Shown: piece after piece, positions 24,864-37,784 of the stretch | How the letters are laid out: every line of letters begins with the position of its first letter | Position numbering within the stretch: position 1 is the first letter of the stretch | Source: Squalus acanthias | Lineage: Eukaryota | Direction of reading: 5' to 3' | DNA: 64,000 nt | Assembly: GCA_030390025.1 (NCBI GenBank) | Contig: CM059438.1 | Span: 63,552,001-63,616,000, forward strand | Position numbers and translations under genes: made by a program | Notes under the pieces: generated by a model | Told to the model about the DNA's origin: nothing | Databases searched by the model: none | Seen by the model: the letters and a program-made list of their open reading frames with translations, nothing else

Positions 24864-26477
24864 CTAACGTCTCTTGCGCTTTCTTGATTGCATCATCGTT
24901 GGTGGCTCTTGGACCTGCACTGATTCTGCGCTGGGAGCAGGTAAGGTTGGTTCTGATGGAGTCACAGTAATTGCAGCAGAAATTATTCGCATGAGTCCTT
25001 CAAGAGACTCATTTATTTTACTAAGCTGCACTCCCACATCGGGTTTCTGCAACAGTCCTTCAAGAGACTCATTTAATTTACTAAGCTGCACTCCCACATC
25101 GGGTTTCTGCAACATTCCTTCAAGAGACTCATTTATTTTACTAAGCTGCACTCCCACATCGGGTTTCTGCAACATTCCTTCAAGAGACTCATTTATTTTA
25201 CTAAGCTGCACTCCCACATCGGGTTTCTGCAACATTCCTTCAAGAGACTCATTTATATTCTTAAGCTCCATTCCCAGATTTTGAACTATGATATGATCTT
25301 TCATTTCATTAAATGACATGCACAGACATTCCACTCCCTGCTTGACCAAGGTAAGACAATCAACTTCTTTCTCTGAAAGAGAAGAGATCGATTGAGTCAA
25401 GCCTACAAGTTGGTGGATGTCACCATGCATCTCCTGTTCTGCTGCATATATATCTGTGTCTCCCACAGGCACTGTAGTATCAAGCTGCTGTCTGTTTGGC
25501 ACAGAGCCAGAGGGGCCAGGAGTTGGAGAGGAAGATTGAGAGGACCTCTCCTGCAACCCAGATTCCAGAACCTCCATGTTTAATTCAGCAAAAAATTCCT
25601 CCTGCTGCTCCTCCACCACCACCTCACTCGCATCTCCCACTGGCTCAACATGCCCTTCACCAATGACCTCTTCGGCTGCAGACTCAACGCACTGCTCATC
25701 CCGTGACTGAGAAGTATGCTGTAAACCTATGTAAAGGAAACAGTAAAGATTAGCAAAGGTAAAGCATGATGTGCCACATCACAGAAGCTATTCAGCACAC
25801 ATCACCTTTGTCGAATCGTTCATTTCCAAAGGGACATCCGCTAAGATATCCAAAGATATGCTCGAGCCTTTCCTCATGTTCGGTTAAAGCCCTTAACGTG
25901 ACAACACCACCGCCTGTCAGTGAACGTTCTCTGGCGTTGTGAGCAGTTTTACTCTAAAATTGAAAATGAAAATCTGAAATGTAAGGGTTTTTACACCAAA
26001 ACTGCATTGGCACTCACACAGTTAACTCAGTAAGCAACTCAAAGCATTTCAATCAAGATGACATTAGCATTTTATGAGACTTGCCTGGCTACAAAAGCCA
26101 TAAAAATTTATGGTAGCATCTTGTGACTTCAGTTAACTCAGCTTAGCAAACAAACACTTTTTCAAGGCTTTTCATTTTAAATGTAAAGACATTTTAACAT
26201 TGACTTTTGTTATAACTATACAAACCTTCAGCGTTCGATATAAATCGCTGAATTTTTTGCGACATTGCTCAGCTGTATGAGGAATGGTCGAGGTTGCGCT
26301 CACACTTTGAGCAACCTCTTTCCACGCTGCCATTTGGCCTTTTCGCGGCGGCTTGGACTTCTGAGTTCCAATTATCCGTGAACGTTTCGATTCTACCTCG
26401 TCAAGAAGTGTACGGAGATCATCATCACTGAAATTCTGTGTTCTTTTGATAAATTGGATAGTGCTGATAGCAGCCAT
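24864..26477 (-). CDS. Harbinger C Myb/SANT-like protein, spliced 26477-26226, 25953-25806, 25726-24864 (420 aa)
   Basis: NFSDDDLRTLL...WKEVAQSVS...QCRKKFSDL; exon 2 SKTAHNARERSLTGGG; GT-AG introns of phase 0 and 1 give one open frame; C-terminal RKRKRR. Confidence 0.85.
24995..25268 (-). repeat. Coding 60 bp tandem repeat, about 4.5 copies
   Basis: Encodes (QKPDVGVQLSKINESLEGML)n. Confidence 0.95.
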
Positions 26478-27104
26478 TTTCGTTTGCTGATTATAAACAG
26501 TTAAATCTCTGAAAAAAATGATTTCTGTACTTTTAAAACTACTTAAATTACTTTAAATCTCTTTGCAAATGTTTAACATTACTCAAATTATACTAAAAAT
26601 CTTTAAAAGTTTACAAAACCATGCATTTAAAACCTACTTACTGCAAATTCCACCTGAAACAGTGAGAAAACTGTGTCTTCAGCAGCTGTACAATGGTTTC
26701 AGTGGAGAAAAAAATCGGGGGCGTGGCCTATGGAAAAGAGACCTTAATGGGCGTGTCTTCACTCCACATCGCACGCGATGCAACGCGCACGCTGCGCTGC
26801 AGGGCAGTGTGACGTCATACGCTGCCCTGCACTCAATCAGCCAGAAGATGAATTTTCTCCGTGGAAAAGACGAAACGGCAGACGCGGTATGTATTACCGC
26901 GCCTGCACCTTACACCCGCGGGAACAGAGCCAGATCAATTTCTGGCCCATTATTTTTGTTGTAAATATGTGTTCACTGATTATTGATAAATTTATTAATT
27001 CAGTTTGGATTCTTTTGTGGTATCTCTCATTTCAGCTTTGCGCTGTGATATGTCAGGGATGGAATGATGGGGATGTGGTGAGCAGCGGGGATCTGGGGTT
27101 TAAT

Positions 27105-28311
27105 TCATTCGAACTTCAGTCTGATGAGGCGGTCATGGACCGCCCTTCCGGAAGGCCAGTTGAGTGGCTGCCTCCTCCCTTGCTCCTGTTCCTCCTCCTT
27201 GTCCTCCTCGTCGTCCTCCTCATCTTCCGCTTCCTCCTCCTCCTGGTCTTCCTCTTCTTCCTCATCCTTGTCCTCCTCCTCCTCTCCCTCTTCCTCCTCT
27301 TGAGGTGGTCCCACAATCCCTGGTGGCAAGGGCTGGGCCCTCATGATGGCCAAGTTGTGGAGCATGCAGCACACCACGACAAAATGGGATACCCGCTCAG
27401 CCGAGTACTGGAGGGCTCCTTCTGAGCGGTCAAGGCAGCGGAACCAATGCTTGAGCACTCTGATGGTCTGCTCGATGATGTTCCTGGTGGCAGCATGGGT
27501 CTCATTATATGAGTGCTGGGCAGGAGTGTTGGGGTTGCGGATGGGAGTCATGAGCCAGGTGGAGAACGGATAGCCTGTGTCTCTGACCAGCCAGCCGCGA
27601 GCTTGACGTGGTGGCTGGAAGAGTGCTGGCGCAGGATGAAGGCATCGTGGTTGCTGCCAGGATAGCGGGCATTGACATTGAAAATTCGCTGTCTGTGGTC
27701 ACACACCAACTGCACATTAAGTGAGTGGTAGCCTTTGCGGTTACAGAAGATCTCAGGATTGTTATCAGGTGCCCACAAAGCCACGTGGGTGCAGTCAATG
27801 GTGCCCTGCAGCACGGGGAATCCCGCTATCCTGGCAAAGCCACATGCACGCTCGTTCTGCTTCTCTCTGGTGATGGGGAAGGAAATGTAGTCCCTTCTCC
27901 TACTGTAGCGAGCCTCTTTGACCTCCCGGATGCAGCGATGGATGGCGAACTGCTAGCGATGTCTCCTGTTGCAGACTGGAAGGATCCGCTGGTGAAGAAA
28001 TTGAGGGCAATGGTGACCCTGACTGCCACTGAGAGAGCCGTGGTCACCCTGATCTGAGGCCGGAGTTCTAGTTGCAGGAGGTGGCAGAGTTCTATGACCA
28101 CCTCCTTGGTGAAGTGGAGCCTTCTAATGCACTGCTCCTCGCTTAATTGGAGGTAGGAGAAGTGCTCTTGGAATACCCTCGGAGGGTAAGGCCTCCTGAT
28201 GAAAGCCCAGATGGCCCTCCTCCTCCCTCTGGCCACATGTTCCAGTTTTTCTCGCTGCCTCCACTGTAGATCCTGGAGGGCGAGGTCGACTGCCAGTACA
28301 GCCCCCATTAA
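27105..28311 (-). pseudogene. Harbinger A2 transposase, frameshifted
   Basis: Motifs TIDCTHV, PGSNHD and RNIIEQTI are spread over three ORFs. Confidence 0.92.
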
Positions 28312-28870
28312 TGTAACCAAGTGTAGCAGTTTGATTTTTTAAGAATAAATGTAGTTGCTTTTTAGTTGCCACAACACTCCTGATACAAAATAACGTTGAA
28401 ATGATGGAATGACACTGTTGCACTATGTGAAACTGACAAGAAAGCACTGAAACTCCACTAACCTACAGCTGTGACTCATTACTGATGATCACTTTAAATA
28501 ACGTCCCTGGAGCCGGCTTCCTGCTGCTGCACGCCAGCTCGCCCTGTCGCTGTTTCCTCCAGGCGCTAAGGTAGGTGGCGACAATCAATTTCACAGATTG
28601 GGCAGCCAGTGAGCATTGCACACTCACTGACATCACGATCCACCTGGCGTTGAGTCTCCCGGTGATAACTGTTAGTGGCGGCGCTGCGGGAGGGTGGGAT
28701 TTGGCATGCGGGGGTGGGTGGGTGGGATTTTCCCTCTGTTGGTGCTAACGGGAGGTGCTAAGGTACGGAATTTTCCCCCCCTGGTGTCCTGGCCAATATT
28801 TATCCCTCAACCAACGTCGCTAAAAAAAACAGTTCAATTGGTCATTTACCTCATTCCTGGTTGTCCCATT

Positions 28871-29750
28871 CCCCCCAGAATCACTGGACTCTCCTTCCCC
28901 CCGAGATCTCTGTACTCTCCTTCCCCCTGAGATCACTGCACTCTCCTTCCCCCAGAATCACTGTACTCTCCTTCCCCCAGAATCACTGTACTCTCCTTCC
29001 CCCCGAGATCTCTGTACTCTCCTTCCCCCTGAGATCACTGCACTCTCCTTCCCCCCGAGATCACTGTACTCTCCTTCCCCCCGAGATCACTGCACTCTCC
29101 TTCCCCCGAGATCACTGTACTCTCCTTCCCCCGAGATCACTGCACTCTCCTTCCCCCCGAGATCTCTGTACTCTCCTTCCCCCCGAGATCTCTGTACTCT
29201 CCTTCCCCCCGAGATCACTGCACTCTCCTTCCCCCCGAGATCACTGTACTCTCCTTCCCCCCGAGATCTCTGTACTCTCCTTCCCCCCGAGATCTCTGTA
29301 CTCTCCTTCCCCCCGAGATCACTGCACTCTCCTTCCCCCCGAGATCACTGTACTCTCCTTCCCCCCGAGATCTCTGTACTCTCCTTCCCCCCGAGATCTC
29401 TGTACTCTCCTTCCCCCCGAGATCACTGCACTCTCCTTCCCCCCGAGATCACTGCACTCTCCTTCCCCCCCGAGATCTCTGTACTCTCCTTCCCCCCGAG
29501 ATCTCTGTACTCTCCTTCCCCCCAGAATCTCTGTACTCTCCTTCCCGCCGAGATCTCTGTACTCTCCTTCCCCCCGAGATCTCTGTATTCTCCTTCCCCC
29601 TGAGATCTCTGTATTCTCCTTCCCCCCGAGATCTCTGTACTCTCCTTCCCCCCGAGATCACTGTACTCTCCTTCCCCCCGAGATCTCTGTACTCTCCTTC
29701 CCCCCGAGATCTCTGTACTCTCCTTCCCCCCGAGATCTCTGTACTCTCTC
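28871..29750. repeat. 26 bp minisatellite, roughly 33 units
   Basis: CCCCCCGAGATC(A/T)CTG(T/C)ACTCTCCTT repeated with no spacers. Confidence 0.95.
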
Positions 29751-30024
29751 GCCGCCCTCCAACAATGACTACACTTCAGAAAATCTACTTCATTGCCTGT
29801 GAAGTGCTTTGAAACGACTTGAAGTTAGGAAAGGTGCTATACAAATGCAAGTTATTAATTTCGAGGTACAGTAGAATTCGCAGTCACTTCAAATTTAATA
29901 ACAGAGGTGCAGAATCACACTGCCAGTGGTATCGATGGCACTTTGAGATGGCCTCGTGGTGCCAGCTGAATTATAACAGCAGCCTAAACCTCTATCCATT
30001 TTGTACAGTGCAAAGCTCAGTTAT

Positions 30025-30510
30025 CATAAGAATGATAGGATCATACAGCACAGGCGGAGGCCATTCGGCCCATCCTGCCTCTGCTGGCTCTCTGAAAGAG
30101 TTACCAATTAGTCCCACTCCCCTGCTCTTGCCCCATAGCCCTGCATTTCTTTTCCTTTTTAAGTATATATCCAATTCTCTTTTGAAGTTTACTTTTGAAT
30201 CAGCTGCCACCACCCTTTCAGGCAGTGCATTCCAGAGCATAACAACTCACTGTGTAAAAATATTTCTCCTCATCACACCCCCTGGCTATTTTGCCAATTA
30301 CCTCAAATCTGTGTCCTCTGGTTACTGACCCTCCTGTGGAAACAGTTTCTCCATATTTACCCTATCAAAACCCCTCATAATTATGAACACCTCTAGTAAA
30401 TCTCCCCTTAACCTTCTCTGCTCTAATGAGAACAATCCCAGCTTCTCCAGTCTCTCTACATAACTGAATTCCCTCACCCCGGGATACCATTCTCGTAAAT
30501 CTCTTCTGCG
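30025..30510 (-). mobile_element. CR1 3' fragment
   Basis: WNALPERVVAADS; QKRFTRMV. Confidence 0.85.
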
Positions 30511-31749
30511 CTGTTATGTTATTGAACCTTTTATATTCAATAAATCTTCGCCACCTTATGACCGTGTAGGATGGGAGCAAGCTGACTCTCACAAGAATTA
30601 TTTTATCGATCTGAAGTCTTTTTACATCTGTGTGTTTTGTTCTATTTCAGCAAGTTGTAAGAAACCTACATTTAAGACAGTAACCCACTTTTATTTCTTT
30701 TTTGAAAAAATATTGGTGATTGTTCATCTTCTTTGCCAAGCACCTATGCAACGGTGCTTATTGCCACCAAAGGGCTGCTACTTGTGTACTATGTCTAAAT
30801 TCCAGATTTTTAAAATCCCAAACTTCCCTTATTACTCAAACAGGATTTTGCTCTTTGACTTCCCCTTTCTCTGCTCTGTACTCGTTTTGTGTTGTTTCTC
30901 TGATACACGACGATCTACTTAAAGAAAAGAGATTCCACTGCCCCAGGCCACTCGAAGCATGTCACAAAATAAAAAAAGGAACGCAACGTTTTAATGCAAC
31001 ATTTCACTTGTCAGAAGAGAGGACAACAGAGCTGAAAAAGCACAATATCAGACTTCAGTGCTTTTATTACTCAGGAGCTCGCCCCCCTCAAATGTCTTAA
31101 CTTCTTCAGCTCCTCCTGGGCCCCATTTTTCTGCTTCTGGCTTAGTTTAATCTCCATCTCAATGAACTGTCCCTCAAAATGTTGCAGGTATCAAACCAGT
31201 TCTCCTTGCCTCAGGGTCTCCTTCAGAGAACTATTTTGACTTGTCAAGCTAGCTCCAACTTGATGGATGATTTCAGTCAGTACCTCGGCTTCTAGTTTAC
31301 TTAATCCGCTGTCTTTGATTCCACATTCATTTCTCCCTTTTATTTTCTGCGACAAAAAGTCATGTCATATTCTTGATTTGAACATCTCAGATCTAACGAA
31401 GTGTATTCCTTTTGTTTGGTTCAATCCATTGAAATGACTTTTTTTTTTTCTTTGTATGTTGGCAAAACCATTTGTTTTCTACACTGCTGCTTTCACGTCC
31501 CGCATTGTCTTCGGAAAACTCTTCACAAACCTTGTACCTTTGCCAAGCGCGCCTGTAGACTGTTGCCATGGTGACCATTGGGTGCCATCAGCTGTCTTTG
31601 TCTGGCTTTCGAACAGAAGAATAAAGGTCATTGGTTGATCAGAGAGCTTTTCTAATCCTCTCGAGGCCAGTGATCCAGAAAAATGTCATTATGTAAAAAA
31701 AAAAAATAATTCCTCGATTTAAAGTTGGGATAGGAGTTCAAATTAAAAT

Positions 31750-32085
31750 ATAGCTCGCCTAAAGGCCCAATTGGTTAAGTACACTGTTTGGTGCAGAATT
31801 TAAATCCTGCAGACCAGGAAGGTCTCAGATACAATGAGGTGACGAATGTGATCCACTGCAGTTATAGAGGGGGAACTGCAACTGGCCAAGGGAAGTAAAA
31901 ATCGGACAGGGTTCTTGCTACGGACAGGGATTGCTATCCAGTGACTCCTGCAGGAAGGGGCACAAGTATGGATGTCATATGAGGGCAGCATCTGCTTGAC
32001 TGTAATATCCCCTTGGTAAAATCGCCTGCCACTGTCTAGGCTCAGACTTGAAGAATGATTACACGAGCAAAGTACAGAAGGTCAC
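31750..32085 (+). mobile_element. Old LF-SINE-like repeat (related pieces near 6390-6620, 13470-13720, 19340-19590, 58900-59260)
   Basis: Shared motifs CAGACCAGGAA and TTGCTATCCAGTGAC among the copies; family name from recall only. Confidence 0.45.
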
Positions 32086-32314
32086 TGACGTAAGAAAGCT
32101 ACTCGGCACTTGGTCTAAGCGTTAAACAAGGCTTTAATCAACTGTTTTTCAACATGGAGGTCTAGTTGTGTCCTTCACGAGTTCCTGTTAAGGAATGTCC
32201 TGAGCAAGCTGGGCCCATGCCTGAGTATTTATACTCTCCCTGGACAGCGCCACCAGCAGGCCACCCAGTATTACTTCATAAGTCATTTCCACATGAATGA
32301 CAAGATTCATGTCA
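32086..32314 (-). mobile_element. Solo LTR, 229 bp
   Basis: TGAC...GTCA ends, 5 bp TSD GTCAC; inverted homologue at 51114-51341. Confidence 0.88.
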
Positions 32315-33894
32315 GTCACCATAACCCAACCTGCATCAGTGATTTCAGAAACAGGAGGAAAGATTTTGCGGGGGGAAAGTTCAAACCGCAATAACATTAA
32401 AAGCCAATAAAACTATTCAACAGCTCATAACAGAGAGTTAAGTAGTCGCACCCTGTAACCTTACATGACTTTTGCCTTTGGTGATATTGATAAATTACAA
32501 ACATAATTTTCCTTGTTCAAACACCTCCCCCTCTACCACCCCTCCTATCTCTCCTTCAACATCCTCCTTTTTATCAGATGCCCGGACCTTCCGACACCTT
32601 CATTACTGAAATCTCCTCTCTCCTGTTCAACCTCTGATTTTGCACCAAATGACTCCTCTCCCTCTGTGACTTCAATCTTCATTTTGAAGTTGTCCTTTCC
32701 TTCATCTACTGACTTCCTTGTCCTACCTGTCTCTCTCAACCTCACCCTCCACATCAACTCCTCCACACACCCTCTCAATCTCATCATCACACTTGATCTT
32801 GACACCTCTCTGCCTAGCCCAATCCCCTCTATTACTTTCCACCCCTGGAAAAACAAACTACGCCCAAACTCTCCTTAGGGCAACCTTTCTAACTCTGGCT
32901 TCCCCCTGCTCTGGCCCTCCACCAACGACAACAGTAAAGCCTCTATTAACTTTCTCCATAACCGTCTTACCCCCCATGTTTAAAGCCGGCCTCCTCCTCG
33001 GGTTCCATTAGGCCCCCTGATATAAGAACTACCCCAGTAGCCTCAATACAGCAGGCTGCAAGCTCAAAAGCACTTTTGTGGTAAATTTCCTCAAGTCACG
33101 GAGCCGTGGAAACTCTGGAAATACGGTATAAACAGTGTTTACATTTTCCCGGGGTTCCCATGGCTCGTCCACCAAAGTTACGGACGAGCGGGAGAACCCC
33201 TTTGGAATTTCAGCCTCTTGGTGTTCATCTGGCCTGGCTGTCCAATGGCAGCTCTGTCTGCATCATTTCAAATTATACTGTCGCTCTCTCTCCCTGACCA
33301 AAGCCGCCTTGCCATTGCGGGATCGTCCTGGGGGCGGGGGGCGGGGGGCGGGGGTGGGGGGGGGGGGCGGGGGGGAGGGGGGAGCGTGAACTACTCCTTT
33401 TCTATCAGATGCAAATGAGGTGTTTTGTCATGTTTGTGAAGTAACCTTTATTTTTGCTCGCGACTGCTGACTGTTCAGATGAATTTTATTTGACCCGAAG
33501 AATCAAGGATTGGAATTGCTGAACTGCCAGCTCCAAGTGGCAGAACAAGAAATGCCAGTGAGTAAATTGGATTTGGTAAATTAGTGATGTGCGAGGTACA
33601 TTTATCAATCTGTATGATGCAACACAGCTTAATAACGTAGAAGGAATTAATTTAGATACGCCCGGATAATCTGCAAATGGAAAAAGAAAGTAAAACAGTT
33701 TCTGTCACAAAGCCATGGTTACAATCTGTCTCTGCTGTTATTGTTATTCACCCAGCAAAGCTCCGTAGTTGCGTGCCATCTATCATCGACTCACACAAAT
33801 AGACATCAGTTCTCCCTTTGAAGTCAATAGCAATATCCACCTTAAATGTTATCTTCATTTGTTGCTGCCTGTTGCTGATTTGTAGGGATAGAGC

Positions 33895-34080
33895 ATAGAA
33901 TCATGGAATCATCCAGCACAGAAGGCCATTGACCATCTCTGTACGAGCTGTCCAAGTAGTCCCACTCCCCTGCTCTTTCCCCATAACTCTGCAATTGTTC
34001 CTTTTCAAGTATTTACCCGATTCCCTTTTGAAAGTTACTATTGAATCTGCCTCCACCACCCTTTCAGGCAGCGCGTTCCG
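33895..34080 (-). mobile_element. CR1 3' tail
   Basis: NALPERVVEADS; ATGATTCT tail. Confidence 0.8.
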
Positions 34081-36624
34081 ATCGTAGCGACTCGATGCAG
34101 ACAAAAAAGTCTCATCATCTCCCCTCTGATTCATTGCATCTTTTGTGACTATCTTCTTTATATCACCTGTAGTGAAACAAGGTAATGGTGCATCCCAGTG
34201 CCTCACCAATGATGGTGGGGTTGCAAGAATCCACTTCATTTTACCTAGAACAGAGTGCAAGGCCTCTACATCATGATTTGCAAATTAAATTGGACTAGGG
34301 GAAAGGCCAATTTTACTAAGCTGAGATGTGATTTAGCAAAAGTGGACTGGAAACAGCTACTTGAAGGTAAATTAGTGTCAGAGCAGTGGGAGGCATTCAA
34401 GGAGGGTTCAGAGCAAATATGTTCAAACAAAGATAAAGGGTGGGACTCAAAATCTAGAGCCCCCGGGATGTCAAGGGGCATACAGGGTAGGATAAGGCAA
34501 AAAAGGGAAGCTTATGTCAACCATCGATAGCTAAATACTGCAGAAAGCCTAGAGGAGTATAGGCTTTCTGCAATATTTAGCTCTTGGTAGGGGTGAAATT
34601 AAAAAGGAAATTAAGAAAGCAAAGAGAGGGCATGAAAAAATATTGGCAAGTAAAATCAAGGAAAACCCAAAGATGTTTTATAAATACATAAAGAGCAAGA
34701 GGATAACTAAAGAAAGAGTAGGGCCTATTAGAGACCAAAAAGGTAACCTGTGTGTGGAGGCGGAAGACGTGGGTATGGTTCTATATGAATACTTTGCATC
34801 TGTCTTCACAAAAGAGAGTGACGATGCAGACATTGCAGTTAAGGAGGAGGAGTGTGAAATATTAGATGAGATAAACATGGTGAGAGAGGATATATTAAGG
34901 GGTTTAGTGTCTTTGAAAGTAGATAAATCGCCAGGTCCAGTTGAAATGTATCCCAGGCTGTTAAGAGAAGCAAGGGAGGAAATAGCGGCGGCTCTGACCA
35001 TCATTTTCCAATCCTCTCTGGCTACAGGTGTGGTGCCGGAGGATTGGAGGACTGATAGCGTCGTACAGTTGTTTAAAAAGGGAGAAAGGGATATACCAAG
35101 TAATTACAGGTCAGTCGGCCTAACCTCGGTGGTGGGCAAATTATTGGAAAAAATTCTGAGGGACAGTATTAATCGTCATTTAGAAAGGCACTGATGAATC
35201 AAGGACAGTCAACATGGATTTGTTAAGGGAAGGTGAAGTCTGACTAACTTGATTAAATTTTTTGAGGAGGGAACAAGGAGGGTCGATGAGAGTAGCGTAT
35301 TTGATGTAGACTACATGGATTTTAGCAAGGCTTTTGACAAGGTCCCACATGGCAGACTGGTCAGAAAAGTAAAAGCTCATGGGATCCAAGGGAAAGTGAC
35401 ATGTTGGATCCAAAGTTGGCTCAGTGGCAGGAAGCAGAGGGTAATGGTCGATGAGTGATTTGTGACTGGAAGGCTGTTTCCAGTGGGGTTCCACAGGGCT
35501 CAGTACTAGGTCCCCTGCTCTTTGTGGTATATATCAATGATGTAGAAGTTTGCAGATGATACAAAAATTGGCCGTGTGGTTGATAGTGAGGACGAATGAT
35601 GTAGACTGTAGGAAGATATCAATGGGCTGGTCAGGTGGGCAGAAAAGTGGCAAATGGAATTCAATCTGGAGAAATGTGAAGTAATGCATTTGGGGAGGGC
35701 TAGGGAATGCACAATAAATGGTAGGATACTGAAAAGTGTAGAGGAACAGAGGGACCTTGGAGTGCATGTCCACAGATCCCTGAAGGTAGCAGGACAGATA
35801 GATAAGGTGGTTAAGAAGGCATATGGGATACTTTCCTTTATTAGCCGAGGCTTATAATATAAGAGCAGGGAGGTTTTGCTTGAACTGTATAAAACACCAG
35901 TTAGGCCACAGCTAGAATACTGCATGCAGTTCTGATCACCACATTACAGGAAGAATGTGATTGCACTAGAGAGGGTGCAGAGGAGATTTACGAGGATGTT
36001 GCCAGGACTAGAGAATTTTAGCGATGAAGAAAGATTGGATAGGCTGGGGTTGTTTTCTTTGGAAGAGAGGAGGCTGAGGGAAGAGACGGAAGTGGTGGAA
36101 ATGGAGACACTCAGGGGTAAAAATTCAGTTGGTTGCGCCTCCCGTTAGCGCCTTAAGAGGGCGCTAATGGGGCGCAAAGCAGCTAGCGCCCGGGCGCAGC
36201 GATGTTTGCGCCGCTCGGGAACTTAACAAGACATTGTGCAGCGGCGCTAAACCTTACCGCTGCGACCACCTGCGCGCGCAGATTGTGACGTCATTCCATG
36301 GTGCAACGCCCTTGTGGCGCCCCGGAGCGGAAATTGAGTGGCGCCCCCTGCCTTACCGCCTGGCGCATCCAACGACCGGAAGACTGGAACGCTATCAATC
36401 GCTGTGGGGCTGGGGGGGGCCCTATTTAAAGGGGGCCTCTTCCTGTCTTTTTCTGTGGTTGACATTTTTGCACCACTCGTTCTGAGAGAGAGAGAGAGAT
36501 TCGGAGAGAGAGAAAGAGAGACTTCTGCATTGAGTCAACGCTTTGTGAGGTAGTTTTGCCTACTGATCCTAACTTCGCTGGTACTTTGGTTGCTGTCCTT
36601 CATAACTTTGCTTGCAAAGAGACT

Positions 36625-37784
36625 ATGGGGGCTGCACTGAATGGGGGCGTCGTCCTGCTCCAGCTGAATCGGAGGACACAGAGACGCAGAGAGAGAGTGG
36701 CAATGATGGCCAGACGGAGGAGGGCCAACAGGCGTATGTACAGGAGAGCTTACCCTCCCAGGGTATATCGTGAACAGCTCTCCTACATTCATATGTCTGA
36801 GGAGCTGTGTTTGCGAAGGCTGCGATTCAGCAAGGAGGTGGTCACTGAGCTCTGCCACCTGCTGCAGCCAGATCTGCAGCCTCAACTGAGGTCCAGGACG
36901 TCTCTGTCGGTGGCAGTGAAGGTCACAGTGGCTCTCAACTTCTATGCTACTGGCTCATTTCAAGCTGCTGCTGGGGACCTCGCCAATATCTCCCAGTTCG
37001 TGGTGCATTGCTGCATCCGGCAGGTCACAAATGCCCTCTTTAAAAGGAGACGAGAGTTCATCTCTTTTCCATGACCCTAGACAAGCAGCGTGACCGCGCT
37101 CTGGGCTTTGCGAGGATAGCGGGCTTCCCCATGGTGCAGGGCGCCATTGACTGCACGCATGTGGCTTTGCGTGCTCCACATGAGAATGCCGAGGAATTCC
37201 GGAACAGAAAGGGGTTCCATTCCTTGAATGTTCAGTTGGTCTGTGACCACAGACAGCTGATACTCGCTGTCAATGCCCACTATCCTGGCAGCTGCCACGA
37301 TGCTTTTATCCTGCGCCAGACTACTGTGGCAGAACTTTTCGAGGCACCGCATCAGCCAGTTGGTTGGCTTCTCGGGGACAAGGGGTATCCATTGAGCACC
37401 TGGCTGATGACACCGCTCCGTACGCCCAACACCCCTGCTGAGCTGCGGTACAATGAGAGCCATCAAGCTACCAGGAACATCATTGAGCGCACAATCGGCG
37501 TGCTGAAGCAACGGTTCCGCTGTCTCGACCATTCTGGAGGAGCCCTGCAGTACTCGCCTGAGCGAGTATCCAACTTCGTAGTTGTGTGCTGCATGTTGCA
37601 TAACATGGCAATCGTCAGGACCCAGCCAATGCCACCAGGCCTTGGAGCACCACCAGAGGAGGAGGAGGAAGAGGAGGAAGAGGACGAGGAGGATGATCAT
37701 CAGCAGCACCAAGGCGGGAGGGCGGCCCACAATGGTGAAACTGCAAGGGCCGTCCGTCAACGGCTGATAGCAAGCCGCTTCTAG
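36625..37784 (+). pseudogene. B2 transposase with a single frameshift
   Basis: 1 bp deletion at ~37070 relative to B1. Confidence 0.92.

Larger units (their letters stand above)
22328..26948. mobile_element. Harbinger family C, full length, both genes open, nested in A2
   Basis: TIRs GGCCCAAAAATT / AATTTCTGGCCC; flanks AAT and ATT; empty site visible in A1 at ~1590-1610. Confidence 0.95.
20671..28780. mobile_element. Harbinger family A copy A2, both ends present, genes decayed, contains element C
   Basis: Ends CGGCTAGAAATTC / GAATTTTCCCCCC; TSD CTG (20668-20670, 28781-28783). Confidence 0.9.
20464..29851 (+). mobile_element. Deu-SINE split by Harbinger A2/C and a minisatellite
   Basis: Pieces 20464-20670, 28781-28864 and 29760-29851 are colinear with the SINE. 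Confidence 0.8.

Noticed and set aside
28861..29802. 313 aa ORF or CRISPR-like array
   Set aside because: Pure tandem repeat with no unique spacers; the ORF is a by-product
33078..33397. Possible decayed MITE with an internal hairpin
   Set aside because: Termini and TSD could not be defined
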